Source of the DNA: an uncultured Acidobacteriota bacterium | GTDB taxonomy: Bacteria; Acidobacteriota; Vicinamibacteria; Marinacidobacterales; SMYC01 | DNA: 64,000 nucleotides | Assembly: GCA_963716925.1 (NCBI GenBank) | Contig: CAVQUX010000015.1 | Location: 426,964 to 490,963, forward strand | Direction: 5' to 3' | In this document: positions 39,185 through 49,219 of the stretch, in pieces | Position numbering within the stretch: position 1 is the first letter of the stretch | Layout: each line of letters begins with the position of its first letter | Notes under the pieces: generated by a model | What the model was told of the DNA's origin: nothing | What the model saw: only the letters and a program-made list of their open reading frames with translations | Database searches by the model: none | Position numbers and translations under genes: made by a program

Positions 39185-40378
39185 TCAGGACAGAAACCAC
39201 GGCCGCACGGTGATGCCGTTTCTCACGTAGCTCTCGGCTCCGGCGTAGACGAGGACACCGCTCTCATTGGGATTCCCGGGAAGATCGAGCCAGAAGCGAA
39301 GACCGTCGAAGGCATCGGAGGCAAGGGTCAATCCAGACTTTGCTTCGATCGGCAGCAGCCGGCTTCCCAGGTCGGCCAGAGCGTCGATCTCGTGCCCCGA
39401 ACGGTCCTTCCAGAAAAAGAGCGGTGCGTCGCGACCTAGGTTCTCGAAGGCCTTGATGATCTCGGCGACGACGTAGCTTTCGAAGATGGCGCCTCGAAGA
39501 GGATGACGCTCGAGCGTCGACGGGTCCGGAATGCCCAGGAGATAACAAGCGAGCCCGGTATCGAGGAAATGGAGTCGAGGAGTCTTGCGGAGTCGCTTTC
39601 GGAAGCTCACGTGATGGGGAGAGAGGATGGTTACGATGAATCCAATCCGCAACGCGGTCAACCAGTGCTTCGCCGTCGGCTGAGTAATGCCCGCGTCGGT
39701 CGCGAGGGCGGAGAGATTGAGCTCCTGGCCGGTCCGGGCTGCCACGAGTCTCATGAAGCGCTCGAAAGAGTCGAGGTCGACGACTCGCAAGACGTCGCGC
39801 AGGTCTCTCTCGACATAGGTTCTCTGGTAGTCGGCGAGCCACTGAGTCGGGTCGAGCTCCACATCGTGAATCCGCGGGAAGAATCCGCCCCAGAGGGTCG
39901 ACCATAGCGCCGCATCGGGGGGCTTCGGATCTTCGAGCACTGTATCCAGAACGGTCGGATCCAGGGGATCGCGGCCAAAGAGCTCAGTGGATGCCAGGGG
40001 AAGAAGGTGGAGAATCGCCGTGCGGCCTGCGAGGGATTGCGACACCCGCTCCATCAGGAGGAGGTTCGAGGAGCCGGTGAGGATGAAGCGGCCGGGCGAT
40101 GGGTTTTCGTCCACAGCGACCTGAAGATAGGAGAGCAGCTCGGGCGCGCGCTGCACCTCGTCGAGGATGACGGATCCGGGGAACCTGGCGAGAAACGACA
40201 GAGGGTCCTCGATGGCGAATTTCCTCTCGTCGGGTCGCTCGAGCGAGACGTAGGCGTGCGCGGGGAACGCTTGACGCACCAATGTCGTTTTTCCTGACTG
40301 TCGGGGCCCCGTCAGGGTAACAATGGGCATTTGTGCCGCGCGCTGCCGTAGCTGTGGTGCGATAGCCCGGGGAAACAT
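39185..40378 (-). CDS. AAA_14 ATPase with DUF4143 (PD-(D/E)xK-like) C-terminus
   Basis: GPRQSGKT, ILDEVQR, LTGS, SLAGR, DTGL and EID...IEAK. Confidence 0.92.
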   Translation of the reverse strand: MFPRAIAPQLRQRAAQMPIVTLTGPRQSGKTTLVRQAFPAHAYVSLERPDERKFAIEDPLSFLARFPGSVILDEVQRAPELLSYLQVAVDENPSPGRFILTGSSNLLLMERVSQSLAGRTAILHLLPLASTELFGRDPLDPTVLDTVLEDPKPPDAALWSTLWGGFFPRIHDVELDPTQWLADYQRTYVERDLRDVLRVVDLDSFERFMRLVAARTGQELNLSALATDAGITQPTAKHWLTALRIGFIVTILSPHHVSFRKRLRKTPRLHFLDTGLACYLLGIPDPSTLERHPLRGAIFESYVVAEIIKAFENLGRDAPLFFWKDRSGHEIDALADLGSRLLPIEAKSGLTLASDAFDGLRFWLDLPGNPNESGVLVYAGAESYVRNGITVRPWFLS

Positions 40379-40415
40379 CGACTCTATGCTACTGTGCAGT
40401 ATGCCTATATACAAA

Positions 40416-41735
40416 TTAAAAATCTAATTTTGAATTTGAGTTTGCCAGCCCGAGGGACCAGGCCCTAAGGGGAAGCCCGACTGCCGCTAGACCGAGGGCA
40501 TAGAGGCTGTTTCGTGTGTCGCCGGCGATGGCCCCGACGAGGAAGATGCCCGCTCCCGCGGCGACGAGAATCGCCGAGGCGGGATAACCCCAGGCCCGGA
40601 ACGGACGCGGCAGCTCCGGCTCCCGCCGCCTCAAGACGAGCAGAGCGATGCAGCAAACGAAATAGTTCGAGGCGAGAAAGAAGGACGCGATGGCGACGAG
40701 CTTCTCGAAGGTGCCGCTCGCCGCGAGGAGCATGGCGCCGGCGGCGGTCACCAGCATGGCGACGACCGGCGTTCCGCCTTCGCTCACCTCGGCGGCGGGC
40801 GACCACCGGGGGATGTCTCGGCTCAACGCGTAGAGGATTCGCGTTCCCACCATGAGGATGGCGTTCAACAGGGGAAAGAGCGAGATCAGGGAAAGGAGCG
40901 TCACGAAGCGCTGGCCGCCGGGACCGAAGACGACCTGGGCCGCGTCGGCCGCGGGAAGCTTGGAGCCGGCGAGCTGCGACAACGAAAGGACGTGGAGAAG
41001 GGCGAGGTTCACCAGAAGGTAGACGACCACGACGATCGCGACTCCGCCGATCATCGACCGCGGCAGGTTCTTCGCGGGGTCGCGATCCTCCTCGGCGAAA
41101 TAGAGGGCGCTCTGCCAGCCGCCGTAGGTGATGGTCACCGACTGAAGAGCGATGACCACGGCGAAGAACAGGCTCCCCGGACGGGCGATCTCGCCGGGCG
41201 CGGTCACGCCGGCGTGGCGGAGGCAGGCCGCGACCAGCGCGAGAAACGCGACGAACTTGACCAGGCTCGTGATCTCCTGGGCACGGCTCGACACCTTGAG
41301 ACCCATCCATTGCAGGAGTACGAAGACCAGAAGCGCGGCGAGAGCGATGGGAGTCACCCCGAGGCCCGACAGCTCGGGAACGAGTGCGAGCGAGAATTCT
41401 CCGGTCGCGATCGAGATGTACCCGAGAACGGCGCAATAGGTCACCCAGTCGGTCCATCCGGTCAGGAACCCGAAGCGCTCTCCGAACGCGCGCCGTGAAT
41501 AGACGTAGTAGCCTCCCGTCCGGGGAAGCGAAGTCCCGAGCTCGGCGAAGCAGACCGCGCCGACGAGCGTGTAGAGTCCGCCGAGCGTCCAGACGGTGAG
41601 AATCAGCGTGCGGCTCCCGAGCCCCGCCGCGACGGTGCCGGGCGTCCGGAGGATCCCTACGCCGATCGTGCCGCCGAGGATCACCGCGAGGCCGAAGGTC
41701 AGGCCGAGGATGCGGAGAAGGGGACGCTTGGGCAT
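40416..41735 (-). CDS. APC family amino-acid permease
   Basis: GGTIGVGI, AELGT..P.TGG.Y, YGGW and LRRREPELPRPFRAWGYP. Confidence 0.92.
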   Translation of the reverse strand: MPKRPLLRILGLTFGLAVILGGTIGVGILRTPGTVAAGLGSRTLILTVWTLGGLYTLVGAVCFAELGTSLPRTGGYYVYSRRAFGERFGFLTGWTDWVTYCAVLGYISIATGEFSLALVPELSGLGVTPIALAALLVFVLLQWMGLKVSSRAQEITSLVKFVAFLALVAACLRHAGVTAPGEIARPGSLFFAVVIALQSVTITYGGWQSALYFAEEDRDPAKNLPRSMIGGVAIVVVVYLLVNLALLHVLSLSQLAGSKLPAADAAQVVFGPGGQRFVTLLSLISLFPLLNAILMVGTRILYALSRDIPRWSPAAEVSEGGTPVVAMLVTAAGAMLLAASGTFEKLVAIASFFLASNYFVCCIALLVLRRREPELPRPFRAWGYPASAILVAAGAGIFLVGAIAGDTRNSLYALGLAAVGLPLRAWSLGLANSNSKLDF

Positions 41736-41836
41736 GGGTCGAGTCTATCGCGTACATTTGCCGGACTCATGCGCAAAAACGCGCTCCCCGAGCCGAGCGC
41801 TCCGCGCAAGTCCAATGAAACAAAGGAGGATGCGAC

Positions 41837-41852
41837 TGGCGCGGTCCTTGCA
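41837..41852 (+). promoter_or_regulatory. Sigma-54 promoter
   Basis: TGGCGCGGTCCTTGCA near-consensus -24/-12, followed by RBS ggaggt and ATG 41879. Confidence 0.7.
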
Positions 41853-41878
41853 CGACTCTGGCTTGGAGGTGAGCCGCC

Positions 41879-42343
41879 ATGGACCGAATCGACGTGTTCC
41901 GTGAAGCCCTGAAAGAAAGGGTATGTAGTATCTGCTTCGATCGCAACGACGACGGCACGTGCGAGCTCCCCGAAGGGCGGGTTTGTGCCATCGAAGCGCA
42001 CCTTCCCGAGATCGTGCGAGCCGTCGAAAGCGTTCACAGCTTCGACCTGACGCCCTACGTCGAGGGCATTCGCACCCAGGTTTGCCCCAACTGCAGTCAG
42101 GACGAGGCCGGGCGCTGCGCGTTCCGGGAGAGCTTCGACTGCTCGGTCGACAACTTCCTGCTTCTGGTCGTCGATACGATCGAGGACGTCAAGACGGCAG
42201 GAGAGCGAGAGAGCCCCGGCATAGACCAGTTCCGGGGAGGCACGCTCCCACTCATTGGGAGAGAGCGCGTTCCTGCACCTGGGAAAGGAGCCGGTCCAGA
42301 TCCTTGCGCGAGAAATAGCGCCCGTTCGCGACGACGGCGTTGA
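41879..42343 (+). CDS. Small protein with duplicated Cys-rich (CxxC-C-C) metal-binding module
   Basis: RVCSIC..GTC...C and QVCPNC..GRC...C; strong RBS. Confidence 0.75.
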   Translation: MDRIDVFREALKERVCSICFDRNDDGTCELPEGRVCAIEAHLPEIVRAVESVHSFDLTPYVEGIRTQVCPNCSQDEAGRCAFRESFDCSVDNFLLLVVDTIEDVKTAGERESPGIDQFRGGTLPLIGRERVPAPGKGAGPDPCARNSARSRRRR

Positions 42344-43646
42344 CTTGGCGCGTGTTTCGGATGTCGTCGAGCGGGTTTCGATCGAGGAGAACCAGGTCGG
42401 CGAGCTTTCCCTTCTCGATGGATCCGAGGCGGTCTTCCATTCCCAGAAACCGCGCGGGGTTCGAGGTCGCCGTCCGAAGGGCTTCCGCCGGAGTGAAGCC
42501 CGCCTCGACGAAGAGTTGAAGCTCCTCGTGCAGGCTGAATCCGGGGAATACGTAGACTCCCGCCGCGGTGTCGGTGCCGGCGAGAAACGGAACCCCCGCG
42601 CGGTGCATTTCGGAGACCAGCTCGAGCTCCTTCTCGACGAATCTCCTTCTCGTGGCCAGGTCGTCCACGTTGAACTCGTGGACGATCTGATCGGTGAACT
42701 TTCTCCAGGTCCCGGTCTTCCAGGACAGCGGTGCATACTTCGCGAGGGGATCGCGGTCGAGATCCCGCTCTTCGATCAAGGCTCCGCCCCGCTCCCACAC
42801 GAGGGTCGGACATTGCCAGGTCTCGTTCTTTGCGAGGAGCGCTACGAGCTTCGTCGCGCGCGCCGCGTCGAAGCTCTCGAGGAACTTTCCGGGTCCCTTG
42901 CCCCCCTCGAGGAACTCGTCCTCCCGAGTAGAGCTGCCTTCGAAGATGCCGATGAGATGCTCGAAGCTCTTCTGTCCCGAATCGGAAGCTTCGGCGGCGC
43001 GGACCGCGTCGGGTACGTGTCCGGCGAAAGGAATGCCGAGTCTCCCGGCTTCGTCGGCAATCGCGAAAACCGCGTCCCTGGGTATCAACGACTGTAGCTT
43101 GATGAAGTCGGCGCCGCGGCGCTTCAAGTCGCGCACGGCCCTTCGGCCGTCTTCTGGATTCGAGACGGCGATCGAGCTGGGGAAGCGCGGCTCGGGTCCA
43201 TCGAGCATCTCTCCGGAAACGACGAGCCGGGGCCCGACGATGTCCCCCCGCGCGATCTCCATGCGCCACCGAAGCAGCACGTCGAGATCTCCCCCCATGT
43301 CGCGGATACCCGTGACTCCGTTCGCGATGAAGAGCGGAAGGGCGATCTCACGCCCTCCGGGGAACCAGTCTCCAAAGATGGTATGGACGTGCATGTCCCA
43401 TAGCCCGGGGATCAGAAACTTGCCCGCGGCGTCCACGACCCGTGCCCCGGCCGCGGGGGCGATGGTGTCGCTCTTTCCCACCCGCGCGATTTGGTCCCCT
43501 TCGACGACGACCGTCATGCCCGGAAGCACGAGACCCGCGGCGACGTCGACGACGTTGACGTCTCGAAGAACGAGCGTGGCCCGAGGCGACGACTGCCGCG
43601 GGATCGATGACAGGAGAACCGGGAGAAAGAACAGCAGCATTCTCAT
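42252..43646 (-). CDS. Secreted amidohydrolase family protein
   Basis: PGLWDMHVH, GVTGIRD, GADFIK, FEH, AGTD and GKLADLVLL..NPL. Confidence 0.93.
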   Translation of the reverse strand: MRMLLFFLPVLLSSIPRQSSPRATLVLRDVNVVDVAAGLVLPGMTVVVEGDQIARVGKSDTIAPAAGARVVDAAGKFLIPGLWDMHVHTIFGDWFPGGREIALPLFIANGVTGIRDMGGDLDVLLRWRMEIARGDIVGPRLVVSGEMLDGPEPRFPSSIAVSNPEDGRRAVRDLKRRGADFIKLQSLIPRDAVFAIADEAGRLGIPFAGHVPDAVRAAEASDSGQKSFEHLIGIFEGSSTREDEFLEGGKGPGKFLESFDAARATKLVALLAKNETWQCPTLVWERGGALIEERDLDRDPLAKYAPLSWKTGTWRKFTDQIVHEFNVDDLATRRRFVEKELELVSEMHRAGVPFLAGTDTAAGVYVFPGFSLHEELQLFVEAGFTPAEALRTATSNPARFLGMEDRLGSIEKGKLADLVLLDRNPLDDIRNTRQVNAVVANGRYFSRKDLDRLLSQVQERALSQ

Positions 43647-43685
43647 TCCGCGGATCCTTCGCCATCCCCGTCCCATCGTCAACGA

Positions 43686-43715
43686 TTGAACCGCGAATTT
43701 CATCCGGGTATAATT
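43686..43715 (+). promoter_or_regulatory. Sigma-70 promoter overlapped by a palindromic operator
   Basis: TTGAAC-N17-TATAAT; aatttcatccgggtataatt imperfect palindrome; GTG 7 nt after the -10. Confidence 0.65.
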
Positions 43716-43720
43716 ATTTC

Positions 43721-44347
43721 GTGGTGAGAGTCGGCGCGAGCGAACGAGCCCAGGTCCGCTGCACCGCTTTCCAGGGTTCCCGACGGATCGCGTCAGGCGA
43801 GCTGGTGCGGGTGGCGCGGTCTGCGAAAGACGCCGCCGATCGAGATCCCTCGTCCTCCATCCTCATCTTCGACGACGAGACGAGCGAGCTCATCGAGGTG
43901 GACTTACGCGGGACCCGGGCCGACGTCGTGAGGCGGCTCTCGAGCGGCGAGCCGCATTCCGCAACACCGGAAGAGCGGCGCCGAGGACCCGGACGCCCGA
44001 AGCTGGGGGTGGTGGCTCGGGAGGTGACGCTTCTTCCGCGCCACTGGGATTGGCTGAACAGCCAGAGGGGCGGGGCGTCCGTCGCGCTCCGCCGGCTGGT
44101 GGACGAAGCGAGACGGGCGAGCGCGGGAGCGGATCGAAATCGCCGCTCCCAGGAGGCCGCGTACCGGTTCCTGTACGCGATGGCGGGGGACCGGGCGGGG
44201 TTCGAAGAAGCCACCCGCGCGCTCTTCGCCTCGGATCGCGATCGTTTCGAAAGCCACACGAAGGAGTGGCCCGCGGATATCCGGAATCATGCCCGCATGC
44301 TGGCGGCCGGTGCGTTCGAAGCATCGCCTGCGGTGCTCGAAGAATGA
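43721..44347 (+). CDS. DUF2239 family protein
   Basis: GRPKLGVVAREVTLLPRHWDWL..GGASVALRRLV and FEEATRALF. Confidence 0.9.
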   Translation: MVRVGASERAQVRCTAFQGSRRIASGELVRVARSAKDAADRDPSSSILIFDDETSELIEVDLRGTRADVVRRLSSGEPHSATPEERRRGPGRPKLGVVAREVTLLPRHWDWLNSQRGGASVALRRLVDEARRASAGADRNRRSQEAAYRFLYAMAGDRAGFEEATRALFASDRDRFESHTKEWPADIRNHARMLAAGAFEASPAVLEE

Positions 44348-44676
44348 GCTCACGAAAGCGGGCGCTCCAGGAGTACAAGTCTCGTACGCCCGCCCGGGGC
44401 GCGTTCGCGGTGCGCTCCCGGACGACGGATCGCGTCTGGGTCGGCGCGTCCCCCAATCTCGATGCGGCGCGCAACCGCATCTGGTTCATGCTCCGGAGCG
44501 GGAGCCATCGCGACCGCTCCCTCCAGGCCGAGTGGGACTCGAACGGAGAGGCATCCTTCGGGTTCGAGGTTCTCGAGACGCTCGACCCGGACGTCGCTCC
44601 GATGGCTCTGACCGATCTTCTGAAAGAGAGGAAGAGTCACTGGGCGGAGCGTTTGGGCGCCTCGACGTTGCTCTGA
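44344..44676 (+). CDS. GIY-YIG-like small protein
   Basis: GAFAVR...VWVG.SPNL..NR..F.L..GSH...LQAEW...FEVLE; ATGA coupling. Confidence 0.8.
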   Translation: MSSRKRALQEYKSRTPARGAFAVRSRTTDRVWVGASPNLDAARNRIWFMLRSGSHRDRSLQAEWDSNGEASFGFEVLETLDPDVAPMALTDLLKERKSHWAERLGASTLL

Positions 44677-44805
44677 CCCCCAAGACTTCCGCCATGCCCG
44701 AATCGGCTCGTGGCGGTGATCGGCTGTGCTCGGCGTATTTCTAGGTGGGTGCTGTCAGGACGCCGCCTGACGCTCCAACGAAACGAAACCGAAGGAGGAA
44801 GAACC

Positions 44806-45634
44806 ATGACCACAACCACAACCACGAACACGGACATCGACGCCCTCAAGACCCGTCTCAAGGCGACCTGGATGGACGGCAACTACGACCGTTTCTCGCG
44901 ATTCATGGAGTCGAGCGCCGTGGAGTTCCTGGATCGGTTGGGCGTCGAGCGCGGAGCCTCGTTGCTCGATGTCGCCTGCGGCTCGGGTCAACTCGGCCTC
45001 ATCGCCGCGCGTCGAGGCGCCAGGGTCACCGGGGTCGACATCGCCACGAACTCCATCCAGGCTGCGCGGGGCCGTGCGGCCGCGGAGGGACTCGACGCGC
45101 GCTTCGACGAGGGGGACGCCGAGGTACTGCCTTACCCGGATGCGAGCTTCGACGTGGTCGCCAGCATCTATCGGCGCGATGTTCGCTCCTCGCCCAGAAC
45201 GGGTGGCAGCGGAGCTCGTGCGCGTGTGCCGTCCGGGTGGGAGAATTGCCATGGGCAACTGGACCAAGGAAGGGTTCATCGGGAAGATGTTCAAGACCTT
45301 CGCCCGTTTCATCGCGCCCCCGGGCATGCCCTCTCCGGTCCTCTGGGGAGACGAGAGCGTCGTACGCGAGCGGTTCGGCGCCGGTGTCTCCGACCTGCGG
45401 CTGACGCGCGTCAGCTACCGGTTCGACTACCCGTTCGCGCCGGCGGAGGTGGTGGAGTTCTTTCGCGAGAACTACGGGCCGACGACGCGGGCGTTCGCGA
45501 CACTGGGGGAAGCCGACCGGGCAGCGCTTCGCGCGCAGCTCGTGGATCTGTGGACCTCACACAACCAGGCCGGCGGGCTCGCCCGGACGACGGTCGACGC
45601 GGAGTATCTCGAGGTCGTCGGGGTTCGCGCGTAA
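44806..45634 (+). pseudogene. Class I SAM methyltransferase, frameshifted near 45170 (or sequencing indel)
   Basis: LLDVACGSG...FDVVASI in one frame; GAMFAPRP...VCRPGG in another. Confidence 0.85.
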
Positions 45635-46094
45635 GGCGCATTCGCTGGTTGTAAGTTCTGGCGACACTCTACAGTTCTGCCTTCTATCCAGTTGTCTTAG
45701 TCCAAGATAGTTGCGAGGTTCCGCACGCTCGTCCTGAGAGGATGTCGGATTCCTTGACGAGAGCGAATCGTCGATCGTCTGCATCGCCGCCGCAAGTGTT
45801 TCTACAGGAGGGGGATACGCCCCGCAGCTGCTCCGGAACGTGATTTGCAGCGGTTCCGGGTCGACAGAGCGATTCTTTAGAACTTCAGCCCACCTCTGAT
45901 GGATCGCGCGTCTCGGGATTCCGTCGCGCCCCCTTGGGTGCCTCGGACTCCGGGAACTCATGCACCGAAAGAAGCCACACCCGTTCCTCCAAGAGGTGAT
46001 TCATGAAACCGCATTGGCGCCGAAAATCCACCCGTACGTCAGGACCGCACGTGAGGCTCGGCCGCGACAGGGAATGAATTAAGGAGTACACCTA

Positions 46095-46859
46095 ATGAGA
46101 ACCCAAGCTCAAACCCGAATGCTCTCGTGCGCGGCCACGCTTTTCCTGGTGCTGGCCGCGGCCGTACCCGCTCGCGCCGTGCCCTTGATTGTGAACGGCG
46201 GGTTCGAATCCGGGTTCAACGGTTGGATTCTCGCGGATGCTGTTGGAAGCGACGGGACCTTCTTCCTGCAGTCCGGCACGGCGAGCCCGATCAACGGTGA
46301 CCCGGTCCCCGCCCCGCCGGGCGGCGCCATCGCCGCCATGACGGACGCTCAAGGTCCGGGGAGTCACGTGCTCTATCAAGACTTCTTCGTGCCTGCCTCG
46401 CCGGGCACCGCTCTGCTCACTTTCGAGTTGTTCATCGGCAACCGCGCCGGGGAATTCGCAACTCCTTCTCCCGCCTCCCTGGATTTCAGCACCCCCGCGC
46501 TGAACCAGCAGGCGCGCGTCGACATCCTGCGCGCGGGAACCGACCCGTTCACCGTGGCAGCCGCCGACGTGCTCATGTCCCTGTTCCAGACCAACCCCGG
46601 CGACCCGCTGATCTCGGGCTATGCGTCTCATAGCGCCGACCTCACCGCGCTCCTGAATGCGAATGCGGGCCAGACGCTGCGAATCCGCTTCGCCGAAACC
46701 GACAACCTGTTCATCTTCCAGCTCGGCGTAGACAACGTAGGCCTCGAGACCCTGGCGGTCGTCCCCGAGCCCGCCTCGTGGATCCTTTTCGCCACCGGCC
46801 TCGGCGCCCTGCTCATTTTCCTGGGTCTGGCATCCTCAAGAATTCATCGAGGGTCGTAG
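46095..46859 (+). CDS. PEP-CTERM surface protein
   Basis: Signal peptide; NGGFE; VPEPASWILFATGL plus TM and basic tail. Confidence 0.88.
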   Translation: MRTQAQTRMLSCAATLFLVLAAAVPARAVPLIVNGGFESGFNGWILADAVGSDGTFFLQSGTASPINGDPVPAPPGGAIAAMTDAQGPGSHVLYQDFFVPASPGTALLTFELFIGNRAGEFATPSPASLDFSTPALNQQARVDILRAGTDPFTVAAADVLMSLFQTNPGDPLISGYASHSADLTALLNANAGQTLRIRFAETDNLFIFQLGVDNVGLETLAVVPEPASWILFATGLGALLIFLGLASSRIHRGS

Positions 46860-46865
46860 CCAAAG

Positions 46866-47104
46866 ATGGCCTTCAAGAGCAAGGCCCAACGGCGGAAGTT
46901 CGCGGAGCTCCTCGTGACGGGCAAGATCACGCCCGAAGCCTACGAGCGATGGAATCGCGAAACGGGCGCGCCGAGCTCCCGGAGCGAGTGAAGCCGAAGC
47001 GTAAACGAGGTACGACTCGCAAACCGCGACGCAGGTCCCGAGCGAAGTCGACGGGGAGACCGAAGCGACAGGGGAAGAATCGTTCCGCACTCCGTTCGAA
47101 GTGA
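46866..47104 (+). pseudogene. Small basic conserved-looking protein split by a frameshift near 46968
   Basis: MAFKSKAQRRKFAELLVTGKITPEAYERWNRETG continues as AELPERVKPKRK in another frame. Confidence 0.6.
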
Positions 47105-47177
47105 ACAAGACGGGCTGGCCCGCGGTCCCAGCCTGCAGTGGTACGATGGAGTCCCTGCTTATCGTTGGGACGATCCC

Positions 47178-47645
47178 ATGGCGTGGCGACAGCTGCACCG
47201 TTGGCTCTACCGAGGCGGCCGACCGAATCCGATCGCTCGGCTTCTCAATCGTTTCTGGGCCGCTGTCCACGCCCGTGGGATCGCGCCCGGCTATCTCGTG
47301 ACGCTGGAAGTGACCGGGCGCCGATCGGGGCGCAGGATTTCGTTCCCGCTCGTGATGACGGTTCTGGACGGAGAGCGGTTTCTGGTCTCGATGCTGGGTA
47401 CGGAAGCGCAGTGGGTCAAAAACGTCAAGGCCGCCGACGGCCATGCTGTCCTCCGCCACGGCCGTGCGGAGCAGGTGCGCCTCGAAGAGATCGCAGTCGC
47501 GAAGCGGGCTCCGGTGCTGAGGGTGTACCTGCAGCGAGCGCCCGGGGCACGGCCCCACATTCCCGTCGGCAAGGACGCGCCACTCGCCGAGTTCGAAGCG
47601 ATCGCGCCGGCGACCCCGGTCTTCCGCGTGCTTGCCGCGCGCTGA
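47178..47645 (+). CDS. Deazaflavin-dependent nitroreductase family (DUF385) protein
   Basis: LEVTGRRSGR..P and WVKNVKA. Confidence 0.85.
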   Translation: MAWRQLHRWLYRGGRPNPIARLLNRFWAAVHARGIAPGYLVTLEVTGRRSGRRISFPLVMTVLDGERFLVSMLGTEAQWVKNVKAADGHAVLRHGRAEQVRLEEIAVAKRAPVLRVYLQRAPGARPHIPVGKDAPLAEFEAIAPATPVFRVLAAR

Positions 47646-47689
47646 CGAGCCCTGACGCTGATTCTCGGCCGTGATAATTTGAGACCGCA

Positions 47690-48376
47690 ATGCACTTCCG
47701 TCACTCCGAGATGCTTTGGCAGGAGTTTCCGCAACTCAAGCCTGCGATCCTGGTGCTCGACCGCGTCGAGCCCATCGCCGATCTGGGGAGGCGGCTCGAG
47801 CCCTGGCTCCGCCGCGCGCGGGAGCGCCTGGAGAAAGGACCGGAAGGAGAGATGCCGGAGATCGCGGCGTGGCGGCGGGCCTACTCACAGATGGGCTTGA
47901 AGCCGACACAGTATCGTTCGGCCGCGGAGGCGCTCCTCCGTCGTTTCAAGCGCGAGGGAGAGCTGCCGCGCATCCACCCGGTCATCGATCTCTGCAACGC
48001 CGTCTCACTCGCGTTCGCTCTTCCGGTCGCGGTCTTCGACCTCGATCAAGTGGACCAGTTCCTGGAAGTACGCCACGCCCGGGGTAACGAGACGTACCTC
48101 GCGTGGAGCGGCGAGATCGAAAATGTTCCGGAGGGTGAGGTCATCTTCGCCGACGCCGCCGATCAGGCGCATGCTCGACGGTGGACTTTCCGCCAGAGCC
48201 GCAAGTCCACGTTTCGCCCCGAAACCCGCCGCGCCCTCGTCGTCGCGGAGGGATTGCACGCATCGGCGGACGCGGATGTGCGGGAGCTCCTCGACGCTCT
48301 GGACCAGGAGCTCACCGGAGGCTCGGCGGATAAGTGCGCGGTCCTCTCGGCGGCGTCACCGACGCTATCGTTTTGA
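47690..48376 (+). CDS. Stand-alone B3/B4 (tRNA-editing) domain protein
   Basis: WRRAY..G.KPT.YR..EALLRR..LP.I.P.ID.CN.VSL and RRW..RQ. Confidence 0.9.
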   Translation: MHFRHSEMLWQEFPQLKPAILVLDRVEPIADLGRRLEPWLRRARERLEKGPEGEMPEIAAWRRAYSQMGLKPTQYRSAAEALLRRFKREGELPRIHPVIDLCNAVSLAFALPVAVFDLDQVDQFLEVRHARGNETYLAWSGEIENVPEGEVIFADAADQAHARRWTFRQSRKSTFRPETRRALVVAEGLHASADADVRELLDALDQELTGGSADKCAVLSAASPTLSF

Positions 48377-48457
48377 GACGGTCGCGTCCTCGGACCGAAG
48401 GGATAGCGCACGACGTTGGCCGTGCGCTATCGCAGGCTGGCGCCCTTACGGGTGAGG

Positions 48458-48931
48458 CTACTTCTTGTCGAAGACCACCACGTTATCGACCGCCTGGCCC
48501 TTGGCGTTCGTCCCCTTGTTGGTGACGGTCATCGTTTTTCCGTCCTTCGAGACCTCCCGCTTCGAGGTGAGGACCACTTTGCCCGCTTTCTTCTGCGTGG
48601 CTTCGACGGTATGAGCGTCGACTTTCTTCAGCGAGATGGTATCGATATCCGGCGAGCCGGTGACGGGATAGTCCTTGCCGTCGAAGTTGGCGGTGTACTG
48701 GGTGAGCGTCGGCTTTCCGTCGGCATCGATCCCTTTCGCGGTGTACTTCACGCCCGCTCCCGAAGGCTCGTACGTCCGCGTCTGGCTTTTCGGCGCTGGA
48801 CCCGGGCTGAACTTCGATTTCGCGACGTTGAGCTCCCAGGTTCCCATCATTGGATCGGTGGTCTGCGCCGAGACTCCTTGGGTGTATAGCAAGACGCCTA
48901 GCGATGCTCCAAGAATCGATAGATGCTTCAT
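48458..48931 (-). CDS. Secreted lipocalin-like beta-barrel protein
   Basis: Signal; GTWELNVAKS, DGKDYP and VSKDGKTMT; RBS aaggag. Confidence 0.8.
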   Translation of the reverse strand: MKHLSILGASLGVLLYTQGVSAQTTDPMMGTWELNVAKSKFSPGPAPKSQTRTYEPSGAGVKYTAKGIDADGKPTLTQYTANFDGKDYPVTGSPDIDTISLKKVDAHTVEATQKKAGKVVLTSKREVSKDGKTMTVTNKGTNAKGQAVDNVVVFDKK

Positions 48932-49219
48932 TGGACTCCTTCTTGTTGGTTCCGGGGCGATGCGCGGAGTCGAAGGCGCGCGCAGGTGGCGCAAAGGTTG
49001 AGGTAATCGACGGGAGGCAGACTCTGCAAGGATCGCGCTGAGCGCCCGATCGGACGTCCGCGCGCGGCACCGGAAATGAGTGCTTATCATACCGATCGGC
49101 AGCCGGAGTTTCAAATCGCACGGTCCGCCCCCCGCATCCGACGACGACACTCTGGAAAAGGAACGAAGGTTGGTGGCGCGGGCGGGAGTTGGCCCCGCAT
49201 TGACGGCCTGTGCCGCGGC

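Noticed and set aside
39185-40378. AAA-DUF4143 gene as a novel defence system
   Set aside because: Very common solo family, with no partner genes here
45160-45180. Programmed frameshift in the methyltransferase
   Set aside because: No slippery heptamer; one of many indels in this zone
45640-46090. Small ORFs or an island boundary in a lower-GC gap
   Set aside because: No recognisable motif, tRNA or att repeat
49025-49041. Sigma-54 promoter for the 48931 gene
   Set aside because: The -24 element reads AG, not the invariant GG
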